Assembly (NCBI RefSeq): GCF_046536515.1 | Contig: NZ_JAWDMQ010000001.1 | Location: forward strand, 20,659 to 84,658 | Source of the DNA: Caldisphaera sp. | GTDB lineage: Archaea; Thermoproteota; Thermoprotei_A; Sulfolobales; Acidilobaceae | Length of the DNA: 64,000 nucleotides | Direction: 5' to 3' | Shown: positions 9,619 to 19,219 of the stretch, piece after piece | Numbering within the stretch: position 1 is the stretch's first letter | Layout: every line of letters begins with the position of its first letter | Made by a program: the position numbers and the translations under genes | The notes under the pieces: generated by a model | What the model was told of the DNA's origin: nothing | The model's input: the letters and a program-made list of their open reading frames with translations, nothing else | The model's database searches: none

Positions 9619-10806
9619 CTAATTACTTAAAACTATAACTGTACCAGCTTGCATGAGATCTCCCCAGGCATTCGCAACAGCTTTATGAACCGGCTTCTTA
9701 ACTTGTCTTTTTCCAGCTTCGTATCTAAGTTGCCAGAAAAGCTCTGCAACTTTCATTGTTCCAGCGGCAGCTATTGGATTTCCGACACCTAATAATCCTC
9801 CACTTGGACTTGTTGGTAGTTCTCCGTCTCTATTAAAATATCCTTCCTTGACTAGTTTCCATGCTTCGCACGGTCTAGCAAGCATTAAACCTTCTATATG
9901 ATGTAACTCCTTATAATCGAATGGATCGTATGGTTCAGCAACGTCTATTTCTTTCCATGGCCTTTCAATTCCAGCCATCTTATATGCCATTCTTGCTGCA
10001 TGGTTTAGGTATCTTGGAAATGCAAGTTCTCTATTATACCAATGCTGATTTTCAAGCGTAAATCCTATACCATCTACCCAAACTGGGGTATCTGTTATTT
10101 CTCTGGCAACATTTTCTGACGTCATTACTAAAGCAGCTGCTCCATCTGTAACAGGTGAAACATCTAATAGATTAACTGGCCATACTAAGGTTTCACTCTT
10201 TAAAACATCATCTACAGTTATATTTGCAGCCGTCAATGCGGCAGGATGATCCAATGCATTTCTTTTGTTTTTAACGCTAACAAGGGCAATATCTTCTTTT
10301 TTAGCGCCACACTTAGCCATATATCTCCTCATTTCCATTGCGAATATCCAGATTAAATTAGGTCCCAGCGGTCTTTCAATAATTGGATCCCATATATACT
10401 TGAAAACGTATTGTGGATGCGGATGGGCTGGACTCATTTTTTCTTCAGCAATAACCAAAACTTTCTTGCAGACACCGCTAGCTATATGCCAATATCCTGA
10501 CTCTGGGACAAAAACTCCAGTGCCTCCTCCAACATATACTCTAGTCATGGGTTTATTGATTGCTCCAGATCCATCCGCTAAGTATTCTCCTTTAAAGTGC
10601 ATTCCATCAAATGTATCAGGAGCTGATCCAATAACAACACAATCTATGTCTTTGAGAGTTAAACCTGCAGAGTCTAAAGCCATTTTTGCAGCTTCCCATG
10701 CTAGTTCTCTAGGTGTTTCTAAAGCTCTCCTCATAAATGTAGTTAGACCAGCACCTACTATTGCTACTCTATCCTTCATAAATATATTAGATCTCATCTT
10801 TCTCAC
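9619..10806 (-). CDS. Thiolase-superfamily (SCP-x/Ltp2-like) protein
   Basis: VAIVGAG, SPVTDGAAALV, EPYDPF and SPSGGLLGVGNP. No Cys at the nucleophile position (VYVGGGTG). Confidence 0.85.
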   Translation of the reverse strand: MRKMRSNIFMKDRVAIVGAGLTTFMRRALETPRELAWEAAKMALDSAGLTLKDIDCVVIGSAPDTFDGMHFKGEYLADGSGAINKPMTRVYVGGGTGVFVPESGYWHIASGVCKKVLVIAEEKMSPAHPHPQYVFKYIWDPIIERPLGPNLIWIFAMEMRRYMAKCGAKKEDIALVSVKNKRNALDHPAALTAANITVDDVLKSETLVWPVNLLDVSPVTDGAAALVMTSENVAREITDTPVWVDGIGFTLENQHWYNRELAFPRYLNHAARMAYKMAGIERPWKEIDVAEPYDPFDYKELHHIEGLMLARPCEAWKLVKEGYFNRDGELPTSPSGGLLGVGNPIAAAGTMKVAELFWQLRYEAGKRQVKKPVHKAVANAWGDLMQAGTVIVLSN

Positions 10807-10807
10807 C

Positions 10808-11962
10808 TCACACCGAAAGAAGAGCTACCATACTTGTGTAAGTTGGAACCCCCCTCCATGATGCTACTAGACCTCTCCTAACATTTTTCAACTGATGATT
10901 GCCTGCTTTACCAGTTAATTGAAGATAAGCTTCTAATAGCCTGGATAACCCAGTTGCCTCTAGTTGAATTCCCATAGACAAGCTACCTCCGCTGGGATTA
11001 ATTGGTAGATAGCCATCACGATTAAAGTCACCTTTTTCTAGCATTTTATGGGCTTCACTTTCTTTAACGAGCATTGTCTCTTCTAAAGCTAATAATTCCA
11101 TAAAACTAAATCTATCTTCTACTTCTGCAAAATCTACTTGTGGGTTTCCGTTAAGATTAGCCAATTTATACGCCATAATTGCTGCATTTCTAAATGACTT
11201 CATTTTTCCCCATTCATGCCATTCTGTTGCCCCTGTACCAGTTTCTGTTGAATATCCTATTCCCTCTATCCAAACTGGATTATCTGTTAATTTCTTTGCA
11301 TATTCCTCGTTAGCTAAAACAAATGTTATACTAGCATCACTAAATGGAGCTATCTCATAATTTGTCATAGGATATATACTATAGTTAGATGATAATACAT
11401 AATCCAAATCTAACTTTGTTGAAAAGGAAGCTCTTTCATTGCTCAATCCATTATTTTTATTTTTAACTGCAACCATAGCTAAATGTTCTCTTTTCGCGCC
11501 TGTTCTTTTCATATATGCAACAGCGTCTAAGCCTGCATAAAATAATGGATTAACGTAATCCAAAGGCCTTACATGCAAAGGATCTAATGCAAACCTATAA
11601 ATATCCTGTAAAGTCTTAATTTCGCTTGGTTTTCCATGGGATTCTACAGATACTACATTAAAGTGACCAGTTTTGATGAGCATATATGCATGAGCTATTC
11701 CTTCTAATCCATCTCCAGCAACAGTAAAAGTTGGTCTTAATGCTCCTCCAATTGGTTCTGGGGCGAATTCATCAGCAATTGCTATTCCCTCCCACATGTC
11801 TTCTTGACAATCAACAAAGGCATCTACATCATATCTTGGATCAATTTTGGCGCTAGAATATGCTCTTGCTGATGATTCGAACATCATATCTTGAAAGGAT
11901 ATATCAATTGTTGTTGGCTTAAAACCATACCATCCCGCTGCGACTATACCAACACGTGACAT
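10808..11962 (-). CDS. Thiolase-superfamily protein (second subunit)
   Basis: VGIVAAG, APFSDASITFV, EVEDRF and NPSGGSLSMG. Start moved to MSRVG (11962) behind a GGGTGTG RBS. Confidence 0.85.
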   Translation of the reverse strand: MSRVGIVAAGWYGFKPTTIDISFQDMMFESSARAYSSAKIDPRYDVDAFVDCQEDMWEGIAIADEFAPEPIGGALRPTFTVAGDGLEGIAHAYMLIKTGHFNVVSVESHGKPSEIKTLQDIYRFALDPLHVRPLDYVNPLFYAGLDAVAYMKRTGAKREHLAMVAVKNKNNGLSNERASFSTKLDLDYVLSSNYSIYPMTNYEIAPFSDASITFVLANEEYAKKLTDNPVWIEGIGYSTETGTGATEWHEWGKMKSFRNAAIMAYKLANLNGNPQVDFAEVEDRFSFMELLALEETMLVKESEAHKMLEKGDFNRDGYLPINPSGGSLSMGIQLEATGLSRLLEAYLQLTGKAGNHQLKNVRRGLVASWRGVPTYTSMVALLSV

Positions 11963-12055
11963 TAGCACACCCATATGTATTTTGAAAAAAACTTGTATAA
12001 ATACTCTGAGTATATTAGTATATATAACAGTGTACACGGAGTAAGTGGTGGGAGA

Positions 12056-14035
12056 ATGGTATATATTTGGACACCTCCAAAAGAATTAAAGGATTCATCA
12101 AATGTATTTGAATTCATGCAAAAATATAATTTTGAAGATTATGGTAGTTTAGTTAAAAAAAGCCAAGACGATTTAAAATGGTTTTGGGGTAATTTGCCAG
12201 AATGGCTAGGATTAGAATGGTTTAGAAAATTTAAAGAAGTTTATGATACTTCTCAAGGGATCGAATGGACTAAATGGTACATAGGGGGGAAAATTAACAT
12301 TTCTTATAATGCTCTTGATAGAATAATAAAAAATGGGCTAGGTAATAAAACAGCAATGATATGGTATGGAGAAGATGGGAAAGTAGTTAATTTAAGCTAT
12401 ATAGAAATGCTTGATAAAGTAAATAGATTATCAAATTATTTAAGTGAAATAGGTGTGAAAAAAGGTGATGTTGTATCAATTTATGCGCCATTAATGCCAG
12501 AAACTGTTATAGCTATGTATGCTTCTTTTAGAATAGGCGCTATAGCTAACCCAATATTTAGCGGGTTTGCCCCTGACGCTGTAGCAGAAAGGATAAGGGC
12601 TGCGAACTCAAAGGTGTTGGTTACATCGGATGGATATTATAGAAAAGGAAAAATAATAGAGCTTAAAAAAAGCGCTGATGAAGCTGTTAAGAAATCTGGC
12701 GTAGATTTAAAAGTTGTTGTTGCAAAAAGATTCAATAAAATGGAGCTTCCATGGGATGAAAAAAGAGATATTTGGTTTGACTCTGCAATAAATGGAAAAA
12801 GGCCAAATTTTGAAGCGGTAGAAACAGAAGCTGAAGATCCAGCATTGCTTATGTTCACGAGCGGAACAACAGGTAATCCAAAAGGAGCTGTAATTAGCCA
12901 AATAGGGTCTATTTTGCAGCCATCAAAGGAGCATTATTTCAACTTAGATATTAAACCTGGATCAATCAGAGATTATAATGATATATTATGGTGGATTACT
13001 GATATTGGATGGATGATGGGTCCGTGGCAAGTTATAGGAACTCAAATTTTAGGAGCAACTCATTTTTCACTTGAAGGAGCACTGGATTATCCGAGTAAAG
13101 ATAAAGTATGGGACCTTATAGAAAAACTTAAAATAACGCATCTTGGATTTGCTGCAACGGCAGCAAGATTGCTAAAATCTTTTGGAAATGAAGCTTTAGA
13201 AAGCCACAATTTATCTAGCTTAAGAGCCTTCGGAAATACTGGGGAACCAATAGATGAAGACACCTGGTTCTGGGTAATGAAAGAAGTTGGTAAAGAAAAG
13301 AGGCCTTTAATTAATTTAAGCGGAGGAACAGAAATATTAGGGTGTTTTCTCTTACCATCTCCTGTTGTTAATCTTAAACCTTCAACCCTTTGGGGACCAG
13401 GTTTGGGTATGAGTGTTGACGTTTTTGATGACTATGGAAATCCTGTAAGGAATAAGCCAGGTTATCTTGTTGCAACAAAACCATCTCCAAGTATGACTAG
13501 AGGACTTTGGAAAGATCCGAAAAGATACCTAGAGACTTATTGGAGTACATTTAAAGGGGTTTGGTTCCATGGAGATTATGCGTTAATAGATGAGGATGGT
13601 CTTTGGTTTATTTTGGGGAGAGCTGATGATGTAATAAAAGTAGCAGGCAAGAGAATTGGTCCAGCAGAAGTTGAAACCATAATAAATTCGCACCAAAGCG
13701 TAGCAGAAAGCGCATGCATTGGTTACCCAGATCCTGTAAAAGGTGAAGTTATAGTTTGCTTTACAATACCTAGGCCTAATAAAGATATTACAGATAAGGA
13801 AATTAATGAAATAAAGAGTTTAGTATCGGAAAAGCTTGGAAAGCCCTTTGAACCTGAAAAAATAGTCAAGGTTAAGGATCTACCTAGAACAAGAAGTGGA
13901 AAAATTATGAGAAGAATAATAAGAGATGTAGCAAAAGAAGGAAAGGCTAGCGTATCTCCTGTAATTGAAAATCCAGATTCCATTGAGGAAGTAAAAAGAG
14001 CTGTTAATGAATTAAAAGAAATAATGAAATCGTAG
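12056..14035 (+). CDS. AMP-forming acyl-CoA synthetase (acetoacetyl-CoA synthetase-like pocket)
   Basis: FTSGTTGNPKG, NLSGGTE, GRADDV and LPRTRSGKIMRR. Start moved to ATG 12056 after GGTGGGAG. Confidence 0.88.
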   Translation: MVYIWTPPKELKDSSNVFEFMQKYNFEDYGSLVKKSQDDLKWFWGNLPEWLGLEWFRKFKEVYDTSQGIEWTKWYIGGKINISYNALDRIIKNGLGNKTAMIWYGEDGKVVNLSYIEMLDKVNRLSNYLSEIGVKKGDVVSIYAPLMPETVIAMYASFRIGAIANPIFSGFAPDAVAERIRAANSKVLVTSDGYYRKGKIIELKKSADEAVKKSGVDLKVVVAKRFNKMELPWDEKRDIWFDSAINGKRPNFEAVETEAEDPALLMFTSGTTGNPKGAVISQIGSILQPSKEHYFNLDIKPGSIRDYNDILWWITDIGWMMGPWQVIGTQILGATHFSLEGALDYPSKDKVWDLIEKLKITHLGFAATAARLLKSFGNEALESHNLSSLRAFGNTGEPIDEDTWFWVMKEVGKEKRPLINLSGGTEILGCFLLPSPVVNLKPSTLWGPGLGMSVDVFDDYGNPVRNKPGYLVATKPSPSMTRGLWKDPKRYLETYWSTFKGVWFHGDYALIDEDGLWFILGRADDVIKVAGKRIGPAEVETIINSHQSVAESACIGYPDPVKGEVIVCFTIPRPNKDITDKEINEIKSLVSEKLGKPFEPEKIVKVKDLPRTRSGKIMRRIIRDVAKEGKASVSPVIENPDSIEEVKRAVNELKEIMKS

Positions 14036-14045
14036 GCTAATAAAG

Positions 14046-15704
14046 CTACGGGTTTTGAACATTATATATATTTTTATATTGACTTCTTATTGTTTTTTTA
14101 TCAAATTTTCCAGTGCTTGATTTTGGTATTTCATTTACAAAGAATATCTTATCTGGAATTTGCCATTTTGCAAACCTTTTTGATAAATGCTCTTTTAATT
14201 CTTTTTCTAACTCATTATAGTCTTTATTTCTATACTGTTCCCTCAATACTACAAGAGCTATAGGTCTTTCTTCCCATTTGGGATGAGGTACTCCAACTAC
14301 TGATGCCTCTAAAACAGCAGGATGTGCCATTAAGTAGTTCTCCAAATCTATACTAGAGATCCATTCCCCTCCGCTTTTTATTAGATCTTTAATCCTATCG
14401 ACAATTTTAACATAACCATTTTCATCTATAGTTGCGGCGTCACCTGACTTCCACCAATTATTAATAAAAGACTCTCTTGATCTCTCATCATTATAATACT
14501 GTTTTGCAACCCATGGACCTCTAATAATTAATTCTCCAATACTTTTTCCATCCCAAGGTAATTCATTACCAGCGGGATCTATTATTTTTACTTCAACACC
14601 AAATATTGGTAAGCCCTGCTTTCTTGCATATTCGATTTGCACATCTTCGCTTAGTTGTTTAATTTTTATCTTTGGAAGATTTGCAGTAACTAAAGGAGTT
14701 GTTTCAGTTGCACCATATGCATGAGTTATATTAATTCCAAATTCCTTCAGTTGCATCATAAGTGCCAATGGAGGTTCTGTGGCACCTGATACAAACCTTA
14801 TATTATTCAATTTTGGTCTAGGTTCCATTTTTCTAAGCACTTCTAATAATGGAATTAATATTGCAGGAGCACCAGCTGCCGCTGTAACCCCTTCGTTAAT
14901 TAAAATGTTTGCTAGGCTATCTGGTGTATATCTTCCAGGCAAGACTATTTTAGAACCCATCATTGTTGCAGCTATATGAGCTCCCCATCCGTTTGCATGA
15001 AACATAGGGACTATTGCTGCAAATGTATCTTCAGGCTTGAAATTTAATACCCCATTAATTCCCCAACCATGTAATATCAAACTTCTATGAGAATAATAAA
15101 CGCCTTTCGGTTTACCAGTAGTTCCAGAAGTATAACATGCTGTTGCAGCTGATTTTTCATCGATTTCCTCATAGTTCTTTTTAGGAGAATTGCTTTTAAT
15201 TAAATCCTCATAACTATATACATTGTTTTTAATTTCTATACTAAGCTTTGTAGGATCATCACTCATTATTATAGAAAAATCAAATTTATTATTCTTCATC
15301 AATGCATTTCCTAATTCTAATAGACTTTCATCAATTAAAATGCCCTTTGCTTTAGAGTGCTTAATTATATAATCGAGGTCATTAATAGCTAATCTTTGGT
15401 TCAATTCAAGCATAACTGCACCGATACCTGTTATTGAAAAATAAGACTCGTAATATCTATGATCATTCCAACCTAAGACCGCTATTCTATCACCTGGGTT
15501 AGTTCCTAACGATTCTAATGCACTAGACATTCTCTTTACGCGATCGTAAACTTGACTGTAATTCATTCTATGAACTTTTCCACCTTGCAAATTTCTGTAA
15601 GAAACTACCTCTGTGTCGTAATGAACTTTTGATGCATATTCAATTACTCTCCACAAATTAAGTTGATAATCATCATTCATTGTCGAGGGAAATCCCCTAA
15701 TCAT
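14046..15704 (-). CDS. Medium/long-chain fatty-acid-CoA ligase (AlkK/FadD-like)
   Basis: CYTSGTTGKPKGV, PMFHANGWG, AYGATET, DRIKDLIKSGGEWISS and IPKSSTGKFDK. Confidence 0.9.
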   Translation of the reverse strand: MIRGFPSTMNDDYQLNLWRVIEYASKVHYDTEVVSYRNLQGGKVHRMNYSQVYDRVKRMSSALESLGTNPGDRIAVLGWNDHRYYESYFSITGIGAVMLELNQRLAINDLDYIIKHSKAKGILIDESLLELGNALMKNNKFDFSIIMSDDPTKLSIEIKNNVYSYEDLIKSNSPKKNYEEIDEKSAATACYTSGTTGKPKGVYYSHRSLILHGWGINGVLNFKPEDTFAAIVPMFHANGWGAHIAATMMGSKIVLPGRYTPDSLANILINEGVTAAAGAPAILIPLLEVLRKMEPRPKLNNIRFVSGATEPPLALMMQLKEFGINITHAYGATETTPLVTANLPKIKIKQLSEDVQIEYARKQGLPIFGVEVKIIDPAGNELPWDGKSIGELIIRGPWVAKQYYNDERSRESFINNWWKSGDAATIDENGYVKIVDRIKDLIKSGGEWISSIDLENYLMAHPAVLEASVVGVPHPKWEERPIALVVLREQYRNKDYNELEKELKEHLSKRFAKWQIPDKIFFVNEIPKSSTGKFDKKTIRSQYKNIYNVQNP

Positions 15705-15799
15705 ATCATAACCACCTTTGTCCCTTTATTTTTGTATTCAAAAAGGTATATAAACATTACATTGAAAACTAAAAATATTTTTTAAATATAGAAATAAAA

Positions 15800-17764
15800 T
15801 CATTCTCCTTTATAAATTGGCTTTCTTTTTTCTAAAAATGATCTCATGCCTTCTGCAAAATCTTTTGAATCTGCTAATATAACCAGTTCGTTTAATGAGT
15901 TCTTAAGCGGGTTAACGAAAATTGATTTAGATGAATTTACTGCATTTTTAACTGCTTTTAATGATAATGGTGATATCTTAGATATTTTATTTGTAATTTC
16001 AAAAACAGCAATATCAAGTTGTTCGTCAGGAACAACTATATCTACTACTCCTAAGTTTTTAGCCTCATCCGCATTAATCCAATCTCCTGTTAACGCATAT
16101 CTAACTATCTTCTTATTTGTTAAATAAATACCTAACGGAGAGGCTATAGGAGGAAACGCTGCAATAACTGATTCGGGTATTGAAAATATTGCGCTTTCCG
16201 TTGAAATAACTATATCTGATAATAAAGTTAACTCCATTCCTCCACCAAATGCGTACCCTTTAACTGCAGCAATAATCGGTTTTGTGTAATTTAACATTGT
16301 GTTAACTAAAGGCCATGCCAGCTCGTCAAGCCATTTTTTTGCTACAGAAGAATTAGTCCAATTTTTCATCATTTCTATATCATCGCCAGAACAGAATGAA
16401 CTTCCTTCTCCTGTTAATACAACGGAATAAACTCTCTTATCGTTTTCTGCTTTTTCTAAAAATATCCTTATATTTTTCCAGACATCTTCATTTAAAGCAT
16501 TAAGCCTGTTAGGTCTTCTTATAGTTATTACTGCATGGTTTTCCACTATTTCATAAGAAACTGGTCCCATATATTCTATAGAATATGTATAATCGAAAAA
16601 TCCTTTTCCAGACTTAACTCCTTTTCCTGTATTCAACATATTAACTAAATACTGATTTGCTTTATATAGCTCGTATCCAGTTTCTTTATATCTTTTGTCT
16701 AATAAATTTATAATATTATCTAAACCATAATGGTCAGCATAATACAATGGACCATACGGCCAATTCATGCCTAGCGTCATTGATTTTTCTATATCATTTT
16801 TGCTAGCTACTTCGTTTTCTATAAGCCATGCAGCTTCGTTTACAGCTACAGATATTATTCTGGCTGGATTCAATTTATACATAGAATCGCTAGGTGCTAA
16901 AATCTGCTTTTTAAATATTTTATTTGTATATTTATAAAATCCCTCACCTGCCTTAGCACCAATTTTACCTTCTTTTACCATTTTCTCCAATATATTTGGA
17001 ATGAAAAGCTTCTCTCCTCTTTTAATCATTTCGTTCAATGCATTATAAACTACATCTATTCCAACATAATCCAAGAGCTCAATAAATCCCATGGGAAATC
17101 CTAATCTAAATCTAGTCATTCTATCTATGTCTTCTTTGTTATACCCTTCTTCTAGCATTATAATTGATTCAAGGAATGTTTTTGTATTAATTCTATTAAC
17201 TAAAAATCCTGGAACATCTTTTTTGACCAGCACATAATCTTTTTTAATTTTATTTACATATTCTATAATGCCTTCTAATGTTTCTTTAGATGTTTCTTTT
17301 CCTAGTATTAATTCAATCAACGGCATTAAAACTGGAGGATTCATAAAATGTATTCCTATAAATTTATCTTTTTTATCAATTGCTTTAGCCAAATCATTTA
17401 TAGGTATTGTTGATGTATTTGTAGCTAAAATGGCATCCTTTTTTGCATATTCTAATACATTTTTAAATACTTTAACTTTTAAATCATAATTTTCAGGCAC
17501 AGCTTCAATAATTAGATCGCAATCACTCAAATCTTTATAATCAGTAGACGTTTTAATTTTTTTAATTATATCATATATCTTTTCTTTTTCTATTAATTTT
17601 GATAAGCTTGATTCTATTTTTTTGATTGCATTATCTAATATTTCCTGAGAAACATCTATCATAACAACATCATATGAATTTAAGGCAGAAACCTCTGCAA
17701 TCCCATGCCCCATTGTTCCAGAACCTATAATACCAACTTTTTTAATATTACCCAAATTCCTCAC
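15800..17764 (-). CDS. 3-hydroxyacyl-CoA dehydrogenase / enoyl-CoA hydratase fusion
   Basis: GIIGSGTMGHG Rossmann motif, EAVPE, NTST and HFMNPP; C-terminal crotonase (FCSGDD, GGGMEL, FSIPE). Confidence 0.92.
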   Translation of the reverse strand: MRNLGNIKKVGIIGSGTMGHGIAEVSALNSYDVVMIDVSQEILDNAIKKIESSLSKLIEKEKIYDIIKKIKTSTDYKDLSDCDLIIEAVPENYDLKVKVFKNVLEYAKKDAILATNTSTIPINDLAKAIDKKDKFIGIHFMNPPVLMPLIELILGKETSKETLEGIIEYVNKIKKDYVLVKKDVPGFLVNRINTKTFLESIIMLEEGYNKEDIDRMTRFRLGFPMGFIELLDYVGIDVVYNALNEMIKRGEKLFIPNILEKMVKEGKIGAKAGEGFYKYTNKIFKKQILAPSDSMYKLNPARIISVAVNEAAWLIENEVASKNDIEKSMTLGMNWPYGPLYYADHYGLDNIINLLDKRYKETGYELYKANQYLVNMLNTGKGVKSGKGFFDYTYSIEYMGPVSYEIVENHAVITIRRPNRLNALNEDVWKNIRIFLEKAENDKRVYSVVLTGEGSSFCSGDDIEMMKNWTNSSVAKKWLDELAWPLVNTMLNYTKPIIAAVKGYAFGGGMELTLLSDIVISTESAIFSIPESVIAAFPPIASPLGIYLTNKKIVRYALTGDWINADEAKNLGVVDIVVPDEQLDIAVFEITNKISKISPLSLKAVKNAVNSSKSIFVNPLKNSLNELVILADSKDFAEGMRSFLEKRKPIYKGE

Positions 17765-17832
17765 CTAATACATAATTGTACATATTATATTTAAAACTAT
17801 TTTATAACATGTTAATAACAAAATAGATTGTT

Positions 17833-18984
17833 TTATTTTTTAACGGCAGTTATTTTTCCCATCAATGATTTTGCAATAACAAGCTTTTGTATTTCGTTTG
17901 TACCATCTCCAATCTCAATACCTTTTATGTCTCTATAATATCTTTCTATGTTGCTTTCTTTGCTATAACCAAAACCCCCCTCAACTTGCATTGCCAACCT
18001 AACCAAATCTACACCCCACTTAGCTGTTGCATACTTAGCTATAGAAGACCACATAGGGTAATCTATATCATTGTTATCTATTTTTTGAGCAGCATTATAA
18101 ATTAAAAGCCTTGATGCCTCAAGTTTTGTCTTCATTTCTGCAATCATGCTTTGAACCATTTCATGTTCTATTATAGGTTTGCCCATAGTTTCCCTAATCT
18201 TTGCATAGCTTAGAGATTCATCGAATGCTGCCTGCATTATACCTAGTCCCATAGCAGCAGTTACCACTCTTCCTTCATTTACTCCATCCATAACTATTTT
18301 GAATCCGTTATTTAATTCCCCAACCAAGTTTTCTTTAGGAACTCTGCAATCTTTAAACAAAAGCTCGCTAGTCCCACTACCACGGACTCCCATCATATCT
18401 AGTTTGCTTATTTCTATGCAATTATTTTTATCTAAAACAAAAATTGATATTCCTTTATGCCTTTCTTCTTGTTTCCCAGTTCTTGCAGCAACTAAGAAGA
18501 AGTCTGCATATGTAGAATTAGTTATCCAAGTCTTCCTACCGTTTATAATGAAATCATTACCATCAATTTCAGCTCTTGTTATTATATTTGCTGCATCAGA
18601 ACCACAGCATGGCTCACTTAATGCAAATGCACCTATTTTACCTTTACCAAGTTTTGTTAAGTATTCCTCTTTTATTTCATCGCTTGCATAATGAACTAAT
18701 GGGTATGCAACCATAGTGCCTGATACTGTTGCCATTATTGATATTGCTCCAGATACCCTAGCTAATTCTTCAACAACAACAACTGATTCCATAGTTGATA
18801 AATTAGGTCCACCATATTTATCAGGAACTCTTAATGCAAAGTAACCCATGCTTGATACTTGGTCTAAAATATCTTTATTGATATAATTATCTAAATCAAT
18901 TTTTTTAGCAACAGGAGACAATACCTTTTCTGAGAATTCCCTAACTGAACTCCTCAACAAATCAATATCAGATTTTGCACTCAA
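17833..18984 (-). CDS. Acyl-CoA dehydrogenase
   Basis: FALSEPCCGSDAA, NGRKTWITN, GVRGSGT, GGFGY and YRDIKGIEIGDGTNEIQ. Confidence 0.93.
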   Translation of the reverse strand: MSAKSDIDLLRSSVREFSEKVLSPVAKKIDLDNYINKDILDQVSSMGYFALRVPDKYGGPNLSTMESVVVVEELARVSGAISIMATVSGTMVAYPLVHYASDEIKEEYLTKLGKGKIGAFALSEPCCGSDAANIITRAEIDGNDFIINGRKTWITNSTYADFFLVAARTGKQEERHKGISIFVLDKNNCIEISKLDMMGVRGSGTSELLFKDCRVPKENLVGELNNGFKIVMDGVNEGRVVTAAMGLGIMQAAFDESLSYAKIRETMGKPIIEHEMVQSMIAEMKTKLEASRLLIYNAAQKIDNNDIDYPMWSSIAKYATAKWGVDLVRLAMQVEGGFGYSKESNIERYYRDIKGIEIGDGTNEIQKLVIAKSLMGKITAVKK

Positions 18985-19219
18985 TTTAATACACCAATAA
19001 TTTGTAACATTAAAGGGTTAATATATTAATTTAAGCTTTTTATAGTTTTTTACTACTTTCTTCAACATTATTATAAATATTTAAATAAGAAGGGTTTTAA
19101 AATAAATTAGAGATTTTAAATTCTTTGAAATTTAATGCTTTTAATATTAAGTAATTGAATATCTTATTGTATACTAAGATTTATTAGATTCAACAATAAA
19201 AAATTATACAGGTGGGAAA

